Shown in pieces: positions 1-10,081 of a stretch of 64,000 bases of DNA. Within the stretch, counting starts at the first letter, position 1, and each line of letters starts with the position of its first letter. The stretch comes from a virus. A program made the translations under genes and the position numbers. The notes below the pieces were generated by a model, which was given only the letters and a program-made list of their open reading frames with translations, had not been told where the DNA came from and did not search any database. The stretch lies in IMG/VR virus record IMGVR_UViG_3300032315_000748; one strand, given 5' to 3'.

Positions 1-1
1 T

Positions 2-1189
2 GGAGCTGTTGCTACTGGACCTGTTGCTGGTTTTGACCCCGTTCTAATCAGCTTGATTCGTCGTTCTATGCCCAACTTGGTCGCTTATGACCTCGCTGGC
101 GTACAACCAATGAACGGTCCTACTGGACTTATCTTTGCGATGCGTTCACGTTACACCAACCAATCCGGAACTGAAGCATTCTTCAACGAAGTAGATACTT
201 CATTCTCTGGTGAGAATGCAGGTCAGAACCTTACTGGTTCCTTCACTGACGGTGTTGCTGGTTTCGGTACTACTTCAAATCCAGCAGGTACAAACCCAGG
301 TCTTCTTAACCCAGTAGGAGTTGCGGCAACCAACACCTATGCTACTGGTCAAGGCATGAACACTGGCGATGCTGAAAATCTTGATGGTAGTGGCGCTAGT
401 GCGTTCAACCAGATGGCGTTCTCAATTGAGAAAGTCACCGTTACTGCAAAGTCACGCGCATTGAAAGCTGAGTATTCACTAGAACTCGCTCAAGACCTCA
501 AGGCTATCCACGGTCTAAACGCAGAAGCAGAACTTGCTAACATTCTCTCAACTGAAATCCTTGCGGAAATCAACAGAGAAGTTATTCGTACAATCTACAA
601 GATTGCCGAGCAAGGCGCTGCTGTTAATACTGCAACCGCTGGTATCTTTGACCTTGACGTTGACTCCAACGGTCGTTGGTCTGTTGAGAAGTTCAAGGGT
701 CTTCTTTTCCAAATTGAGCGCGATGCTAACGCAATCGCACAAAGAACTCGTCGTGGAAAGGGCAACATGATCCTCTGCTCTGCTGACGTTGCTTCTGCAC
801 TCACCATGGCAGGTGTTCTTGATTACACCCCTGCTCTTAACGCTAATCTTAACGTTGATGACACCGGAAGCACCTTCGCTGGTGTTCTCCAAGGCAAGTA
901 TAAGGTCTATATTGATCCTTATTCTGCAAACGTATCTGCTAACCAGTACTACGTTGTAGGTTATAAGGGTTCTTCACCTTATGATGCTGGTCTCTTCTAT
1001 TGTCCTTATGTTCCTCTCCAAATGGTTCGTGCCGTTGGTGAGAACAGCTTCCAACCAAAAATTGGATTCAAGACTCGTTACGGAATCGTTGCTAACCCAT
1101 TTGCTGAAGGCACCGCTCAAGGTTCAGGTCGTCTTCTTGCTAATGCAAACCGTTACTACCGTCGTGTTCGCGTTGACAACCTAATGTGA
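2..1189 (+). CDS. gp23: Major capsid protein gp23 (5'-truncated by window edge)
   Basis: Frame is open from base 2 (GAVATGPVAGFDPVLISLIRR...); motifs GVQPMNGPTGLIFAMRSRY, KSRALKAEYSLELAQDLKAIHGL and FQPKIGFKTRYG. Confidence 0.98.
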   Translation, partial: GAVATGPVAGFDPVLISLIRRSMPNLVAYDLAGVQPMNGPTGLIFAMRSRYTNQSGTEAFFNEVDTSFSGENAGQNLTGSFTDGVAGFGTTSNPAGTNPGLLNPVGVAATNTYATGQGMNTGDAENLDGSGASAFNQMAFSIEKVTVTAKSRALKAEYSLELAQDLKAIHGLNAEAELANILSTEILAEINREVIRTIYKIAEQGAAVNTATAGIFDLDVDSNGRWSVEKFKGLLFQIERDANAIAQRTRRGKGNMILCSADVASALTMAGVLDYTPALNANLNVDDTGSTFAGVLQGKYKVYIDPYSANVSANQYYVVGYKGSSPYDAGLFYCPYVPLQMVRAVGENSFQPKIGFKTRYGIVANPFAEGTAQGSGRLLANANRYYRRVRVDNLM

Positions 1190-1211
1190 GTCTTTCTCGC
1201 ATCTCTTTTAC

Positions 1212-1240
1212 AAGGGACCCCAATATGGGGTCCTTTTTTT
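1212..1240 (+). terminator. Intrinsic terminator after gp23
   Basis: AGGGACCCCA-ata-TGGGGTCCTT stem followed by a T run. Confidence 0.9.
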
Positions 1241-1262
1241 ATGAAAATAAATAGAAATAAAA

Positions 1263-1811
1263 ATGACGCAAACTCCTTGGTCTAAGCAATTATCAAATAG
1301 AAATTTTTTATCTCCAGTTGGATTCAAATTTTCTGTCACAAAATTGCCAAAAGTAGACTTCTTTTCAAATACAGCAGAAATTCCAGGAATTAATCTTGGT
1401 GTTGCGATGCAACCAACATACCTCAAAGACATTCCAGTTCCAGGTGATAAAATATCTTATGATGATTTTTCTTTAGAATTTTTTATAGATGAAAATTTGG
1501 AAAACTATCTTGAAGTTCATAAGTGGTTAAGGGGACTTGGATATCCATATAGTATTCAAGAATTTATAGATTTGAAATCTAATGATGAGTATTTGCCAGA
1601 TAATGCTGCTAAAAATTCATATAATGAATACTCCGATGCTACTTTATTCATCTACAATAGTAATTTTAATATTATATCGCAAGTTCATTTTAAAGACTTA
1701 TTTCCAATAAGTTTATCTACCGTTCAATTTAATTCAAAGGAATCTGACATCAATTATGTGACTGCAAGCGTCCAATTTAAGTATTCTATATATGATATAG
1801 TTGTTTTATGA
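1263..1811 (+). CDS. gp3: Tail completion / tube terminator protein gp3
   Basis: NRNFLSPVGFKF, PGDKISYDDFSLEF, FKDLFPISLS; lies between gp23 and uvsY; ATAAATA late-type box at 1247. Confidence 0.85.
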   Translation: MTQTPWSKQLSNRNFLSPVGFKFSVTKLPKVDFFSNTAEIPGINLGVAMQPTYLKDIPVPGDKISYDDFSLEFFIDENLENYLEVHKWLRGLGYPYSIQEFIDLKSNDEYLPDNAAKNSYNEYSDATLFIYNSNFNIISQVHFKDLFPISLSTVQFNSKESDINYVTASVQFKYSIYDIVVL

Positions 1812-1814
1812 TTT

Positions 1815-2243
1815 ATGAATCTTGATGAAATTCAATCGTTATGGGAAGAAGACGCAAAAATAGACCCGGACAATTTACACGAAGAATCTATTAAAATTCC
1901 TTCACTTCACGCAAAATATTATAAAATTTATAACAATATTCTTCTTCTCAAAAAATTAGAAGAAAACAAATTCAAAATATTAAAAAAAGAAAAATGGATG
2001 TACTTTTCTGGAAAATCAGACCCAGAAATTTATATAAAAAATCCATTTGATTATAAGGTATTGAGACAGGATATAGATAAGTATATGGATGCCGATGAGG
2101 ACATTTTAAAATCCATATCCAAAATGGAGTATTATCAAACAATGTTAAGTTATTTGGATAGTATTCTAAAAACAATAATGAATAGGTCTTATCAAATTAA
2201 AAATAGTATTGAATATATGAGGTTCACTGCAGGTTATGGTTGA
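1815..2243 (+). CDS. uvsY: Recombination mediator UvsY
   Basis: ESIKIPSLHAKY...NRSYQIKNSIE; directly upstream of uvsW. Confidence 0.92.
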   Translation: MNLDEIQSLWEEDAKIDPDNLHEESIKIPSLHAKYYKIYNNILLLKKLEENKFKILKKEKWMYFSGKSDPEIYIKNPFDYKVLRQDIDKYMDADEDILKSISKMEYYQTMLSYLDSILKTIMNRSYQIKNSIEYMRFTAGYG

Positions 2244-3699
2244 TTTAATTATACAAAAAAAGAATGAAATTTATCTAAAGATAGAAGCAGAGCCGCATAT
2301 ACATCAAGAGTTATTTGATTATTTCACTTTTGAAGTTCCTGGCGCAAAATTTATGCCTCAGTACAGAAACAAATACTGGGATGGAAAAATTCATTTATAT
2401 AGCAATCACACTGGAGAAATTTATGCTGGACTACTTGATAAAGTTGTATCTTGGGCAAAAAAATCTGATTACAAAGTAGAGTTCAAACATAATAAATTCT
2501 ACGGAGATCCATTTGAAGAAAATGAAAATATATCCAAAGAAGGTGTAAAGGATTACATCAATTCAATTTGTAAGTATTCGCCAAGAGATTATCAAATTGA
2601 TGGAGTTTATGATGCTTTGAAATATAATCGTAAACTTTTAATCTCTCCAACTGGAAGTGGAAAGAGTTTGATGATTTATTCTTTGGTTCGTTATTATACA
2701 GACAAAGATTTGAATACTTTGATTATTGTTCCAACTACTTCTCTTGTAAGTCAAATCTATAAAGATTTTGAAGATTATGGGTGGGATGTGAATGAGAACT
2801 GTCATCAAATTTACTCAGGAAAAGAAAAACAAACAGATAAAAGTGTAACCATTTCAACTTGGCAAAGTCTTTATAAAATGGATAGAAAGTTCTTTAATAC
2901 TTTTGACACTGTTATCATAGATGAGTGCCATCTTGCCCGTAGCAAGTCTATTACAGGCATTATGACAAAGATGGATGACACCAAATACAGATATGGGTTC
3001 ACGGGCACTCTAGATGGGTCTCAGACGCATAAATGGGTTCTTGAAGGATTGTTTGGTCCTTCTTACAAAGTCACACACACAAAAGAACTCATAGAAAAGG
3101 GTCATCTATCAAAATTAGATATTAAAGTTCTTTTGTTGAAGCACAACCCACAAAAATTTGATGAATATGAAGAAGAAATTCAGTATTTGATTACCCACGA
3201 AAAAAGAAATAAATTTATCAAAAATCTGACTTTGGATCTAAAAGGAAATAGTTTAGTTCTTTTTAATCGTGTGGAAACTCACGGACAACCTCTCTATGAA
3301 CTCATAAATAGTTCAGCATCAGATGAAAGAAAAATATTTTTTGTTCATGGTGGAGTGGATGCTGAAGAGAGAGAACAAGTAAGAGCAATTACCGAAAAAG
3401 AAAATAATGCAATTATTGTTGCATCTTATGGCACATTTTCTACTGGAATTAACATTAAAAACTTACACAATGTTGTATTTGCTTCTCCCTCTAAATCTAG
3501 AATTAGAAATTTGCAGTCAATTGGTAGAGTTCTCAGAACAAGTGAAAGTAAAACAGAAGCAATATTATACGATATAGCAGATGATACTACTTTTAAATCA
3601 AAGAAAAATTATACATTGAATCATCTTGTAGAAAGAATTCGAATTTATAATGAAGAAAAATTTAATTATGAAATTATTCAAATAGACTTTAAAAATTAA
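2236..3699 (+). CDS. uvsW: SF2 helicase UvsW
   Basis: SPTGSGKS, DECH, QSIGRVLR motifs. Confidence 0.96.
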   Translation: MVDLIIQKKNEIYLKIEAEPHIHQELFDYFTFEVPGAKFMPQYRNKYWDGKIHLYSNHTGEIYAGLLDKVVSWAKKSDYKVEFKHNKFYGDPFEENENISKEGVKDYINSICKYSPRDYQIDGVYDALKYNRKLLISPTGSGKSLMIYSLVRYYTDKDLNTLIIVPTTSLVSQIYKDFEDYGWDVNENCHQIYSGKEKQTDKSVTISTWQSLYKMDRKFFNTFDTVIIDECHLARSKSITGIMTKMDDTKYRYGFTGTLDGSQTHKWVLEGLFGPSYKVTHTKELIEKGHLSKLDIKVLLLKHNPQKFDEYEEEIQYLITHEKRNKFIKNLTLDLKGNSLVLFNRVETHGQPLYELINSSASDERKIFFVHGGVDAEEREQVRAITEKENNAIIVASYGTFSTGINIKNLHNVVFASPSKSRIRNLQSIGRVLRTSESKTEAILYDIADDTTFKSKKNYTLNHLVERIRIYNEEKFNYEIIQIDFKN

Positions 3700-3700
3700 A

Positions 3701-4099
3701 ATGTACGAAGAAGAATTTTACGCAGCTATAAAAATGGTGTCCGGAGAAGAAGTTTTCTCAAAAGTTTGTCCTTGTGAAGAAGAAGATAGAACTATCTTAA
3801 TTTTAGACAATCCAGTTGTAATGGAAACTATTACCATGAAACAACTTGGAATGACCGCACTTAAAGTTGTTCCTTGGATGAAACTTACAGATGACACAAT
3901 GTTTATTGTGGATATGGAAAAAATTATCACTATGACGGAAGTAAATGAATCTTCAATCATTAAAGTATATGAAAAATATATTAAAGATGTAAATAAAAAA
4001 ACTAATAAATCAAAAATAAGTCCTAATATGGGATATATTTCTTCCATTTCTGAAGCTAGAATATCTTTGGAAAAACTTTATAAATCATCTAATACTTAA
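3701..4099 (+). CDS. Conserved cyanomyovirus hypothetical protein (Sm-like fold suspected)
   Basis: IKMVSGEEVFS...LDNPV pattern; position between uvsW and gp55. Confidence 0.7.
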   Translation: MYEEEFYAAIKMVSGEEVFSKVCPCEEEDRTILILDNPVVMETITMKQLGMTALKVVPWMKLTDDTMFIVDMEKIITMTEVNESSIIKVYEKYIKDVNKKTNKSKISPNMGYISSISEARISLEKLYKSSNT

Positions 4100-4132
4100 A
4101 GATATAACTTATCTATCAACCCTAACAGAGTG

Positions 4133-4161
4133 ATTCTAACTGTTACCAAAACTAATGTCAA
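4133..4161 (-). promoter_or_regulatory. Antisense sigma70-type promoter
   Basis: Minus strand TTGACA-17 nt-TAGAAT; followed by a leader shared with 38412-38443. Confidence 0.7.
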
Positions 4162-4164
4162 GTC

Positions 4165-4194
4165 TTTACAGATAAAGAAATATTATGGTATAAT
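4165..4194 (+). promoter_or_regulatory. Sigma70-type promoter for gp55
   Basis: TTTACA-18 nt-TATAAT with TG extension. Confidence 0.6.
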
Positions 4195-4220
4195 AGAGAT
4201 AAATCAAAATTCATAAAATA

Positions 4221-4727
4221 ATGAAAGAAAGAAAAAATCCACATTATGTAAATAATAAAGATTTTCATGATGCCTTAATTGCATACAAAATGAAAATTGA
4301 TATTGCAAAGGAAAAATATTTCCAAAAATATGAAAAGTATCCTCCAAACAATGGACCCTGGGAAGGAAAACCAAGAATACCAAATTATTTGGGAGATTGC
4401 TTTTTAAAAATTGCTACACACCTTTCATATCGTCCGAACTTTGTAAATTATATGTTTCGTGAAGATATGATAAGTGATGGAGTGGAAAATGCAGTTCAAT
4501 ACATTCATAATTTTGATGTAGAAAGAACTAATCCATTTGCTTACTTTACTCAGATTGTTTATTATGCTTTTCTTCGCAGAATTCAAAGGGAGAAGAGGCA
4601 AATGGAAATTAAAGATAAACTAATTGAACGTAGTGGATTTGAAGAAGTATTTACATCAGATGAAAGTGGTTTTAATTCTGATTACAATACGATTAAAGAT
4701 AATGTACATATTAAGATGAATCAATGA
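4221..4727 (+). CDS. gp55: Late-transcription sigma factor gp55
   Basis: HYVNNKDF, IATHLSYRPNFVNYMFREDMISDG, NPFAYFTQI. Confidence 0.97.
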   Translation: MKERKNPHYVNNKDFHDALIAYKMKIDIAKEKYFQKYEKYPPNNGPWEGKPRIPNYLGDCFLKIATHLSYRPNFVNYMFREDMISDGVENAVQYIHNFDVERTNPFAYFTQIVYYAFLRRIQREKRQMEIKDKLIERSGFEEVFTSDESGFNSDYNTIKDNVHIKMNQ

Positions 4728-5767
4728 AACTTGGACTCATAACGGATACTCACTATGGATTCAAGAAAGCAAATAAATCTTTTCACGATTACTTTGCTAA
4801 ATTTTATGGTGAAGTATTTTTCGCTACATTAGAAAAAAGAAAAATCAAAACAGTAGTTCATTTGGGTGATGCTTTTGATAATCGGAAGGGTGTTGATTAT
4901 TGGGCACTTGAATGGGCAAAAAAGAATGTTTATGACCGATTTGAAAAATTGGGGATTACAGTTTATAATATAGTAGGAAATCACGATTCTTATTATAAAA
5001 ATTCTAATGAAGTAAATGCAGTTGATGGATTATTACGACAATATGATAATGTAATACCAATCTCAAGACCAACAGAAATTTGTATTGGAGGAATGAATTC
5101 TTTGGTTCTTCCTTGGATTTGTTCGGATAATGAAGAAGAAACTTTTAATTTAATTCAAGAAACCAAAGCAAAAGTTGTTTTTGCACATTTGGAGTTGAAT
5201 GGATTTTCTGCTTATCCTGGCCATATTATGACTGATGGTTTGTCTGCTGAAAAATTTGAAAAATTTGATAGAGTATTTACCGGTCATTATCATACTAAAT
5301 CTAATAATGAAAAAGTATTTTATCTCGGAAATCCTTATCAAATGTTTTGGAATGATGTGGATGATGCTAGAGGATTTCATATTTTTGATACTGATACTTA
5401 TGAATTGGAATATTTTAAAAATCCATACAATATATTTGAAAGAATCTACTATGAAGACAGTAATATAAAACAAATTGATAGTTCAATTTTAAAAGATAAA
5501 ATTGTAAAAGTTATAGTTCGCAAAAAAACAAATCAATTAAATTTTGATAAATTTTTAGATAAAATTGTAAAATCTTCACCTTTAGATTTGAAAGTTGTAG
5601 AAATTATTGATGTTGATGATGAAGATGTAGATTGTGAAGAAATATCTGCAGAAGATACATTATCCATTTTGGATAAATATGTAGAAGAAGCAGAATTTGG
5701 TTTAGACAAAACTATAATCAAAAAACTACTTCGGGATGTGTATAAAGAAGCATTGGAAACAAACTGA
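4724..5767 (+). CDS. gp47: Recombination endonuclease subunit gp47 (Mre11/SbcD-like)
   Basis: DTHYG, GDAFD, GNHD, GHYH metallophosphoesterase motifs. Confidence 0.96.
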   Translation: MKLGLITDTHYGFKKANKSFHDYFAKFYGEVFFATLEKRKIKTVVHLGDAFDNRKGVDYWALEWAKKNVYDRFEKLGITVYNIVGNHDSYYKNSNEVNAVDGLLRQYDNVIPISRPTEICIGGMNSLVLPWICSDNEEETFNLIQETKAKVVFAHLELNGFSAYPGHIMTDGLSAEKFEKFDRVFTGHYHTKSNNEKVFYLGNPYQMFWNDVDDARGFHIFDTDTYELEYFKNPYNIFERIYYEDSNIKQIDSSILKDKIVKVIVRKKTNQLNFDKFLDKIVKSSPLDLKVVEIIDVDDEDVDCEEISAEDTLSILDKYVEEAEFGLDKTIIKKLLRDVYKEALETN

Positions 5768-6051
5768 TGTATTTACTTACAATTAAAGGAAAAGAAGACG
5801 AAGGGGCATATGCCGTAACCGATGAAGATGGAGAAAAGGCTCTGTATCTTTTTGAGGATGGTGATGATGCTGAACGTTATTCTGGATTATTGGAGGCAGA
5901 AGATTATCCTGAAATGACTATAGTTGAAGTTGATGATGATCTTGCAGTAAAAACCTGCGAGATCTATGGGTACAATTATGTTATAATTAATTCAAATGAT
6001 TTTGTAATACCACCAAGAGAATATGATACTGTTCAAGCGAATAAAATTTAA
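5767..6051 (+). CDS. Conserved cyanophage hypothetical protein
   Basis: Acidic 94-aa ORF coupled between gp47 and gp46. Confidence 0.75.
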   Translation: MYLLTIKGKEDEGAYAVTDEDGEKALYLFEDGDDAERYSGLLEAEDYPEMTIVEVDDDLAVKTCEIYGYNYVIINSNDFVIPPREYDTVQANKI

Positions 6052-7738
6052 GAATTTTTTGTCTTCTGGAAATACGCCAACAGAAATTAATTTTGCCGAA
6101 GTTTCAACAACATTAATTGTTGGAACAAATGGTTCTGGCAAAAGTACAATGTTGGATGCCTTGTGTTTTGTTTTATTCAATAAAGCATTTAGAAAGATTG
6201 TAAAAAATCAACTCATCAATTCAACCAATGAAAAAGAATGTCTGGTTGAAATTGAATTTAATATTTCAGACAAAGAATATAAAGTCATAAGAGGAATTAA
6301 ACCAAATATTTTTGAAATTTGGATTGATGGTGTTCTGCAAAATCAAGTAGCAGCATCAAATGACCAACAAAAATACCTAGAAGATACAATACTGAAATTA
6401 AATTATAAATCATTTACACAAATTGTAATTCTTGGAAGTGCTTCTTTTGTGCCTTTTATGCAACTTTCGGCAGCACATCGCCGTGAAGTTGTGGAAGACT
6501 TATTGGATATTAAAATATTTTCAACAATGAATTCTATTTTAAAAGAAAAAATAAGAAATTCAAATGAAAAAATAAAAGAATTCACTTTGCTTGAAAAATC
6601 AATTGACGAAAAGATTTTGATGCAGACTGATTTTATTGAAGAATTGGAAAAAAGAGGTAAAAAAAATATAGAGCAAAAGCAAAATAAAATTCAAGAACTT
6701 TCTGATTTGGAAGTTTCTGTGAGTGATGAAATTGACGCGATACAAAAAAAAGTTGTTTCATTAAATTCGCAACTTGAAGAGTTTTCGGATGCAGCAACTA
6801 AACTCAAAAAACTCACCTCCCTTAAAGGAAAAATACAACAAAAAGTTATTTCTATTACTGAAGAGCACAAATTTTTTAATGAGAATTCTGTATGTCCAAC
6901 TTGCAAACAATCAATTGAAGAAGATTTTAGGTTCAATAAAGTAAATGAAATAGAAACAAATTCAAAAGATTTGAAAGAAGGATATGTTGAATTGGAAAGG
7001 ACAATTGAAGATGAAGAAAAAAGAGAAGAACAATTCATTCAAATTTCAAAAGAAATATCAAGATTGAATAATGAAATTTCCAAAGATAATATTTGTATTT
7101 CAAATTACAGAAAAAATATTAAAGAATTGCAGAATGAAATTCAAACCATTACAGAGCAATTTGAAAATAAAAACATTGAAACCGAAAAATTAAAATTTTT
7201 ACATAAAGAAAAAGAAGATAATTTTAAAAAGAAATCAAAATATAAAGAAACTGTAAATTATTTTGACTTTGCTCAACTTTTAATGAAAGACGGTGGAGTT
7301 AAATCAAAAATTATTCAAAAGTATATTCCATTGATGAATCAACAAATCAATAAGTATTTGCAGATGATGGAGTTTTATATTAATTTTACTCTTGATGATG
7401 AATTCAAAGAACATATTAAATCTCCAATTCACGAAGATTTCAGTTATGAAAGTTTCAGTGAAGGTGAAAAAATGAGAATTAACTTGGCAATTCTTTTCAC
7501 TTGGAGGGAAATTGCTAGAATGAAAAATAGTGTCTCTACAAATCTTTTGATTTTGGATGAAGTTTTTGATAGTTCTTTGGATAATACTGGAACTGATTAC
7601 TTCACAAAAATTATTAAATATGTCATTAAAGATACTAATGTATTTGTGATTTCACATAAGACAGATGAATTGATTGATAAGTTTGATAAAATTATTACAT
7701 TTGAAAAAGTGAAAGGATTTTCTAAGATAAGCACTTGA
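6023..7738 (+). CDS. gp46: Recombination ATPase gp46 (Rad50/SbcC-like)
   Basis: GTNGSGKS, CPTC zinc hook, FSEGEKMRI, LDEVFD. Confidence 0.97.
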   Translation: MILFKRIKFKNFLSSGNTPTEINFAEVSTTLIVGTNGSGKSTMLDALCFVLFNKAFRKIVKNQLINSTNEKECLVEIEFNISDKEYKVIRGIKPNIFEIWIDGVLQNQVAASNDQQKYLEDTILKLNYKSFTQIVILGSASFVPFMQLSAAHRREVVEDLLDIKIFSTMNSILKEKIRNSNEKIKEFTLLEKSIDEKILMQTDFIEELEKRGKKNIEQKQNKIQELSDLEVSVSDEIDAIQKKVVSLNSQLEEFSDAATKLKKLTSLKGKIQQKVISITEEHKFFNENSVCPTCKQSIEEDFRFNKVNEIETNSKDLKEGYVELERTIEDEEKREEQFIQISKEISRLNNEISKDNICISNYRKNIKELQNEIQTITEQFENKNIETEKLKFLHKEKEDNFKKKSKYKETVNYFDFAQLLMKDGGVKSKIIQKYIPLMNQQINKYLQMMEFYINFTLDDEFKEHIKSPIHEDFSYESFSEGEKMRINLAILFTWREIARMKNSVSTNLLILDEVFDSSLDNTGTDYFTKIIKYVIKDTNVFVISHKTDELIDKFDKIITFEKVKGFSKIST

Positions 7739-7763
7739 CTTTTTTTGATTTTTGTGTTAGTAT
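7735..7763 (+). promoter_or_regulatory. Sigma70-type promoter
   Basis: TTGACT-17 nt-TAGTAT. Confidence 0.55.
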
Positions 7764-7787
7764 TTTAAGGTAGTTTGATACTAAATT

Positions 7788-8096
7788 ATGAAATGGAAGT
7801 ACAATGAAGAACAAATTCTAAAAGATATTGGTGAATATGTTCTCAGTACATATGGTAGTCATTACGTCGGCAGTGAAGAAGGATATGAAGATATTCAAAC
7901 GATTGATTTGGCTGCTTCCAAAGGACTTGCTCAAGACTTCTGTCAAGTGAATATTTTGAAGTATGGTTCTAGATATGGGCAAAAGAATGGTCGCAATAAA
8001 AGAGATTTGCTTAAAGTCATTCATTATGCTATGCTACTTCTTCACTTTGACAGGCACTATAGCCGTGTTGATAATGGACTGGATGAATTTAAATGA
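7788..8096 (+). CDS. Conserved phage protein (DUF3310-like)
   Basis: FCQVNILKYGSRYGQKNG...DLLKVIHYA pattern. Confidence 0.7.
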   Translation: MKWKYNEEQILKDIGEYVLSTYGSHYVGSEEGYEDIQTIDLAASKGLAQDFCQVNILKYGSRYGQKNGRNKRDLLKVIHYAMLLLHFDRHYSRVDNGLDEFK

Positions 8097-8758
8097 AACT
8101 ATCTGAAAATACAATTTCAATTCTTAAAAACTTTGCGTCAATTAATCAATCTATTCTTGTGAAGAGTGGATCAAAAATTCGCACTATGTCTGTAATAAAA
8201 ACTATCTTGGCACAGGCAGAAGTAGAAGAAGAATTTCCAAAAGACTTTGCAATTTATGATTTAAATCAATTTCTAAACGGTCTTAGCCTTCACCAAGACC
8301 CAGAACTTGATTTTTCAAATGATAATTATCTTGTAATCCGAGAAGGGAAACGTAAGGTAAAGTATTTCTTTGCTGATCCAGAAGTAATTGTTTCTGCGCC
8401 AGAAAAAGAAATTGAACTTCCTTCCAAAGATGTTTGTTTTCAACTTGATCATTCCCATTTAGATAAATTGAAAAAAGCATCAGCAGTATATCAGTTGAAT
8501 GATCTATCTGTAATTGGTGATGCTGGTGTAATTCGTTTGGTTGTAAGAGATAAGAGAAACGATACTTCTAACGAGTATTCAATTACTGTGGGAGAAACTG
8601 ATAAGGAATTTGTGTTTAATTTTAAAGTTGAAAATCTTAAAATTATTCCAACAAATTATGATGTTGTGATTTCATCTAAACTCATTTCCCAATTTACAAA
8701 TGAGAAGTATAATTTGAATTATTGGATTCCAATGGAACCCGATTCTGAATTTAAATAA
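8093..8758 (+). CDS. gp45: Sliding clamp gp45
   Basis: MKLSENTISILKNFASINQSI, FAIYDLNQFL. Confidence 0.96.
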   Translation: MKLSENTISILKNFASINQSILVKSGSKIRTMSVIKTILAQAEVEEEFPKDFAIYDLNQFLNGLSLHQDPELDFSNDNYLVIREGKRKVKYFFADPEVIVSAPEKEIELPSKDVCFQLDHSHLDKLKKASAVYQLNDLSVIGDAGVIRLVVRDKRNDTSNEYSITVGETDKEFVFNFKVENLKIIPTNYDVVISSKLISQFTNEKYNLNYWIPMEPDSEFK

Positions 8759-8775
8759 CTTTATTTTTTTATATT

Positions 8776-9303
8776 ATGAATATATTCGTGGTCAATTCGT
8801 GTCCAGTTCTTTCTGCCGTGGCACTTCCTGATAAACACGTTGTCAAAATGCCTTTGGAGACCTGTCAAATGGTCTCCGTCATCTTCTCCAAGTGGTACTA
8901 TAATTGGGGGCACATTCCCAAAAAAGACGGTCTGCCGTACAGTACAGAAAAAGGTGCGTTCCGTAATCATCCTTGTACTCAATGGGCAGCAAAATCCCAC
9001 GAGAACCTTGCTTGGTTGATTCGGCACGGATTTGCCCTTTGTAATGAGTATCGGCATCGTTATGAAAAAGACCACGCTTGTATGAAAGGTCTTGAAGTTG
9101 CGGAGAATATCTTTGCTACTAAAAGTGGAAAAGAAATCGGTATCTACAAAAATGTGGTAGAATTCACAAGGGCAATGCCGGATGAGTTCAAGTGCGATAC
9201 TTCAATTGATACATTTGAGGCATATAGAAGATATATTGCCTCCAAACCTTGGGTTGCATCTAATTATCTTCGTATCCCTGAAAGACGACCGCAATGGATC
9301 TAA
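8776..9303 (+). CDS. Pyrimidine-dimer DNA glycosylase-like protein (DenV/Pyr_excise family)
   Basis: MNIF...DKHVVKMPLETCQM, NHPCTQWA, EYRHRY, AYRRY. Confidence 0.7.
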   Translation: MNIFVVNSCPVLSAVALPDKHVVKMPLETCQMVSVIFSKWYYNWGHIPKKDGLPYSTEKGAFRNHPCTQWAAKSHENLAWLIRHGFALCNEYRHRYEKDHACMKGLEVAENIFATKSGKEIGIYKNVVEFTRAMPDEFKCDTSIDTFEAYRRYIASKPWVASNYLRIPERRPQWI

Positions 9304-9319
9304 ATTGTGATAGAATGTA

Positions 9320-9619
9320 ATGGAAGACTATTTTTTTCGCCCTTCAAAAGAATTGGATTCCTATCTTTATTCTATTTTTTTAAAATATGCTTCTGTTGAA
9401 GAATTAGAACGAGATACTCTACACATTCAAACAAATTGGAAGTTGGCAAATCATTTTGGTGATGGTTGCAAAGAGTATAACGTTTGGTTTGTTGGTGAAG
9501 TGGCAGTTACAAAACAACCAACTATTGTTGATAAAAAAATGATTAGAAGGTATTATGATTGGGCAAATCCAAATAACCCTTTACACGGGGCAATTATTCA
9601 ACCAAATATTGAGGTATAA
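9320..9619 (+). CDS. Hypothetical protein
   Basis: 99-aa ORF in co-directional operon. Confidence 0.6.
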   Translation: MEDYFFRPSKELDSYLYSIFLKYASVEELERDTLHIQTNWKLANHFGDGCKEYNVWFVGEVAVTKQPTIVDKKMIRRYYDWANPNNPLHGAIIQPNIEV

Positions 9620-9626
9620 TTAAATT

Positions 9627-10079
9627 ATGACTACGATTAAAACCTATGCGATTAATGAACTAACCAGAATCGGAATGTATAATTCTGGGGAAGAAATGAA
9701 TGATGAAATGTGTCAACATATTCTCAAAATAGTGGATGTATTTGACGAAGAGGGGCACTCTGGATTTTCGGCAGAATATGCGATTGGTATTCTTCAAAAA
9801 CTTCTAAGATGGGAACCACTTTCGCCCTTGACTGGTGATGATGATGAGTGGAAGAATTTGGAGAATGAAGGATTTCAAGATAAAGGATTTCAAAATAAGA
9901 GATGCTCTCGTGTCTTCAAGGATGAAAAAGGTGGACAAGCATATGATATTCGTGGCAAAGTCTTCGTGAATCCTGATGGTGTTGCTTTTACTAGTCGTGG
10001 CAGTCGGGTGTATATTGACTTTCCGTATGTTCCTAAAACTGAATATGTAAATGTAGAACACGAAACTACTGAAGACTGA
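9627..10079 (+). CDS. Conserved phage hypothetical protein
   Basis: GHSGFSA...PLSPLTGDDDEW...QNKRCSRVFK motif; GAGG RBS. Confidence 0.75.
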   Translation: MTTIKTYAINELTRIGMYNSGEEMNDEMCQHILKIVDVFDEEGHSGFSAEYAIGILQKLLRWEPLSPLTGDDDEWKNLENEGFQDKGFQNKRCSRVFKDEKGGQAYDIRGKVFVNPDGVAFTSRGSRVYIDFPYVPKTEYVNVEHETTED

Positions 10080-10081
10080 CT

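Noticed and set aside
534-1432. Short alternative-frame and antisense ORFs over gp23 (and similar ones over nrdA, gp44, gp46)
   Set aside because: They lie within strongly conserved genes and have no independent signals
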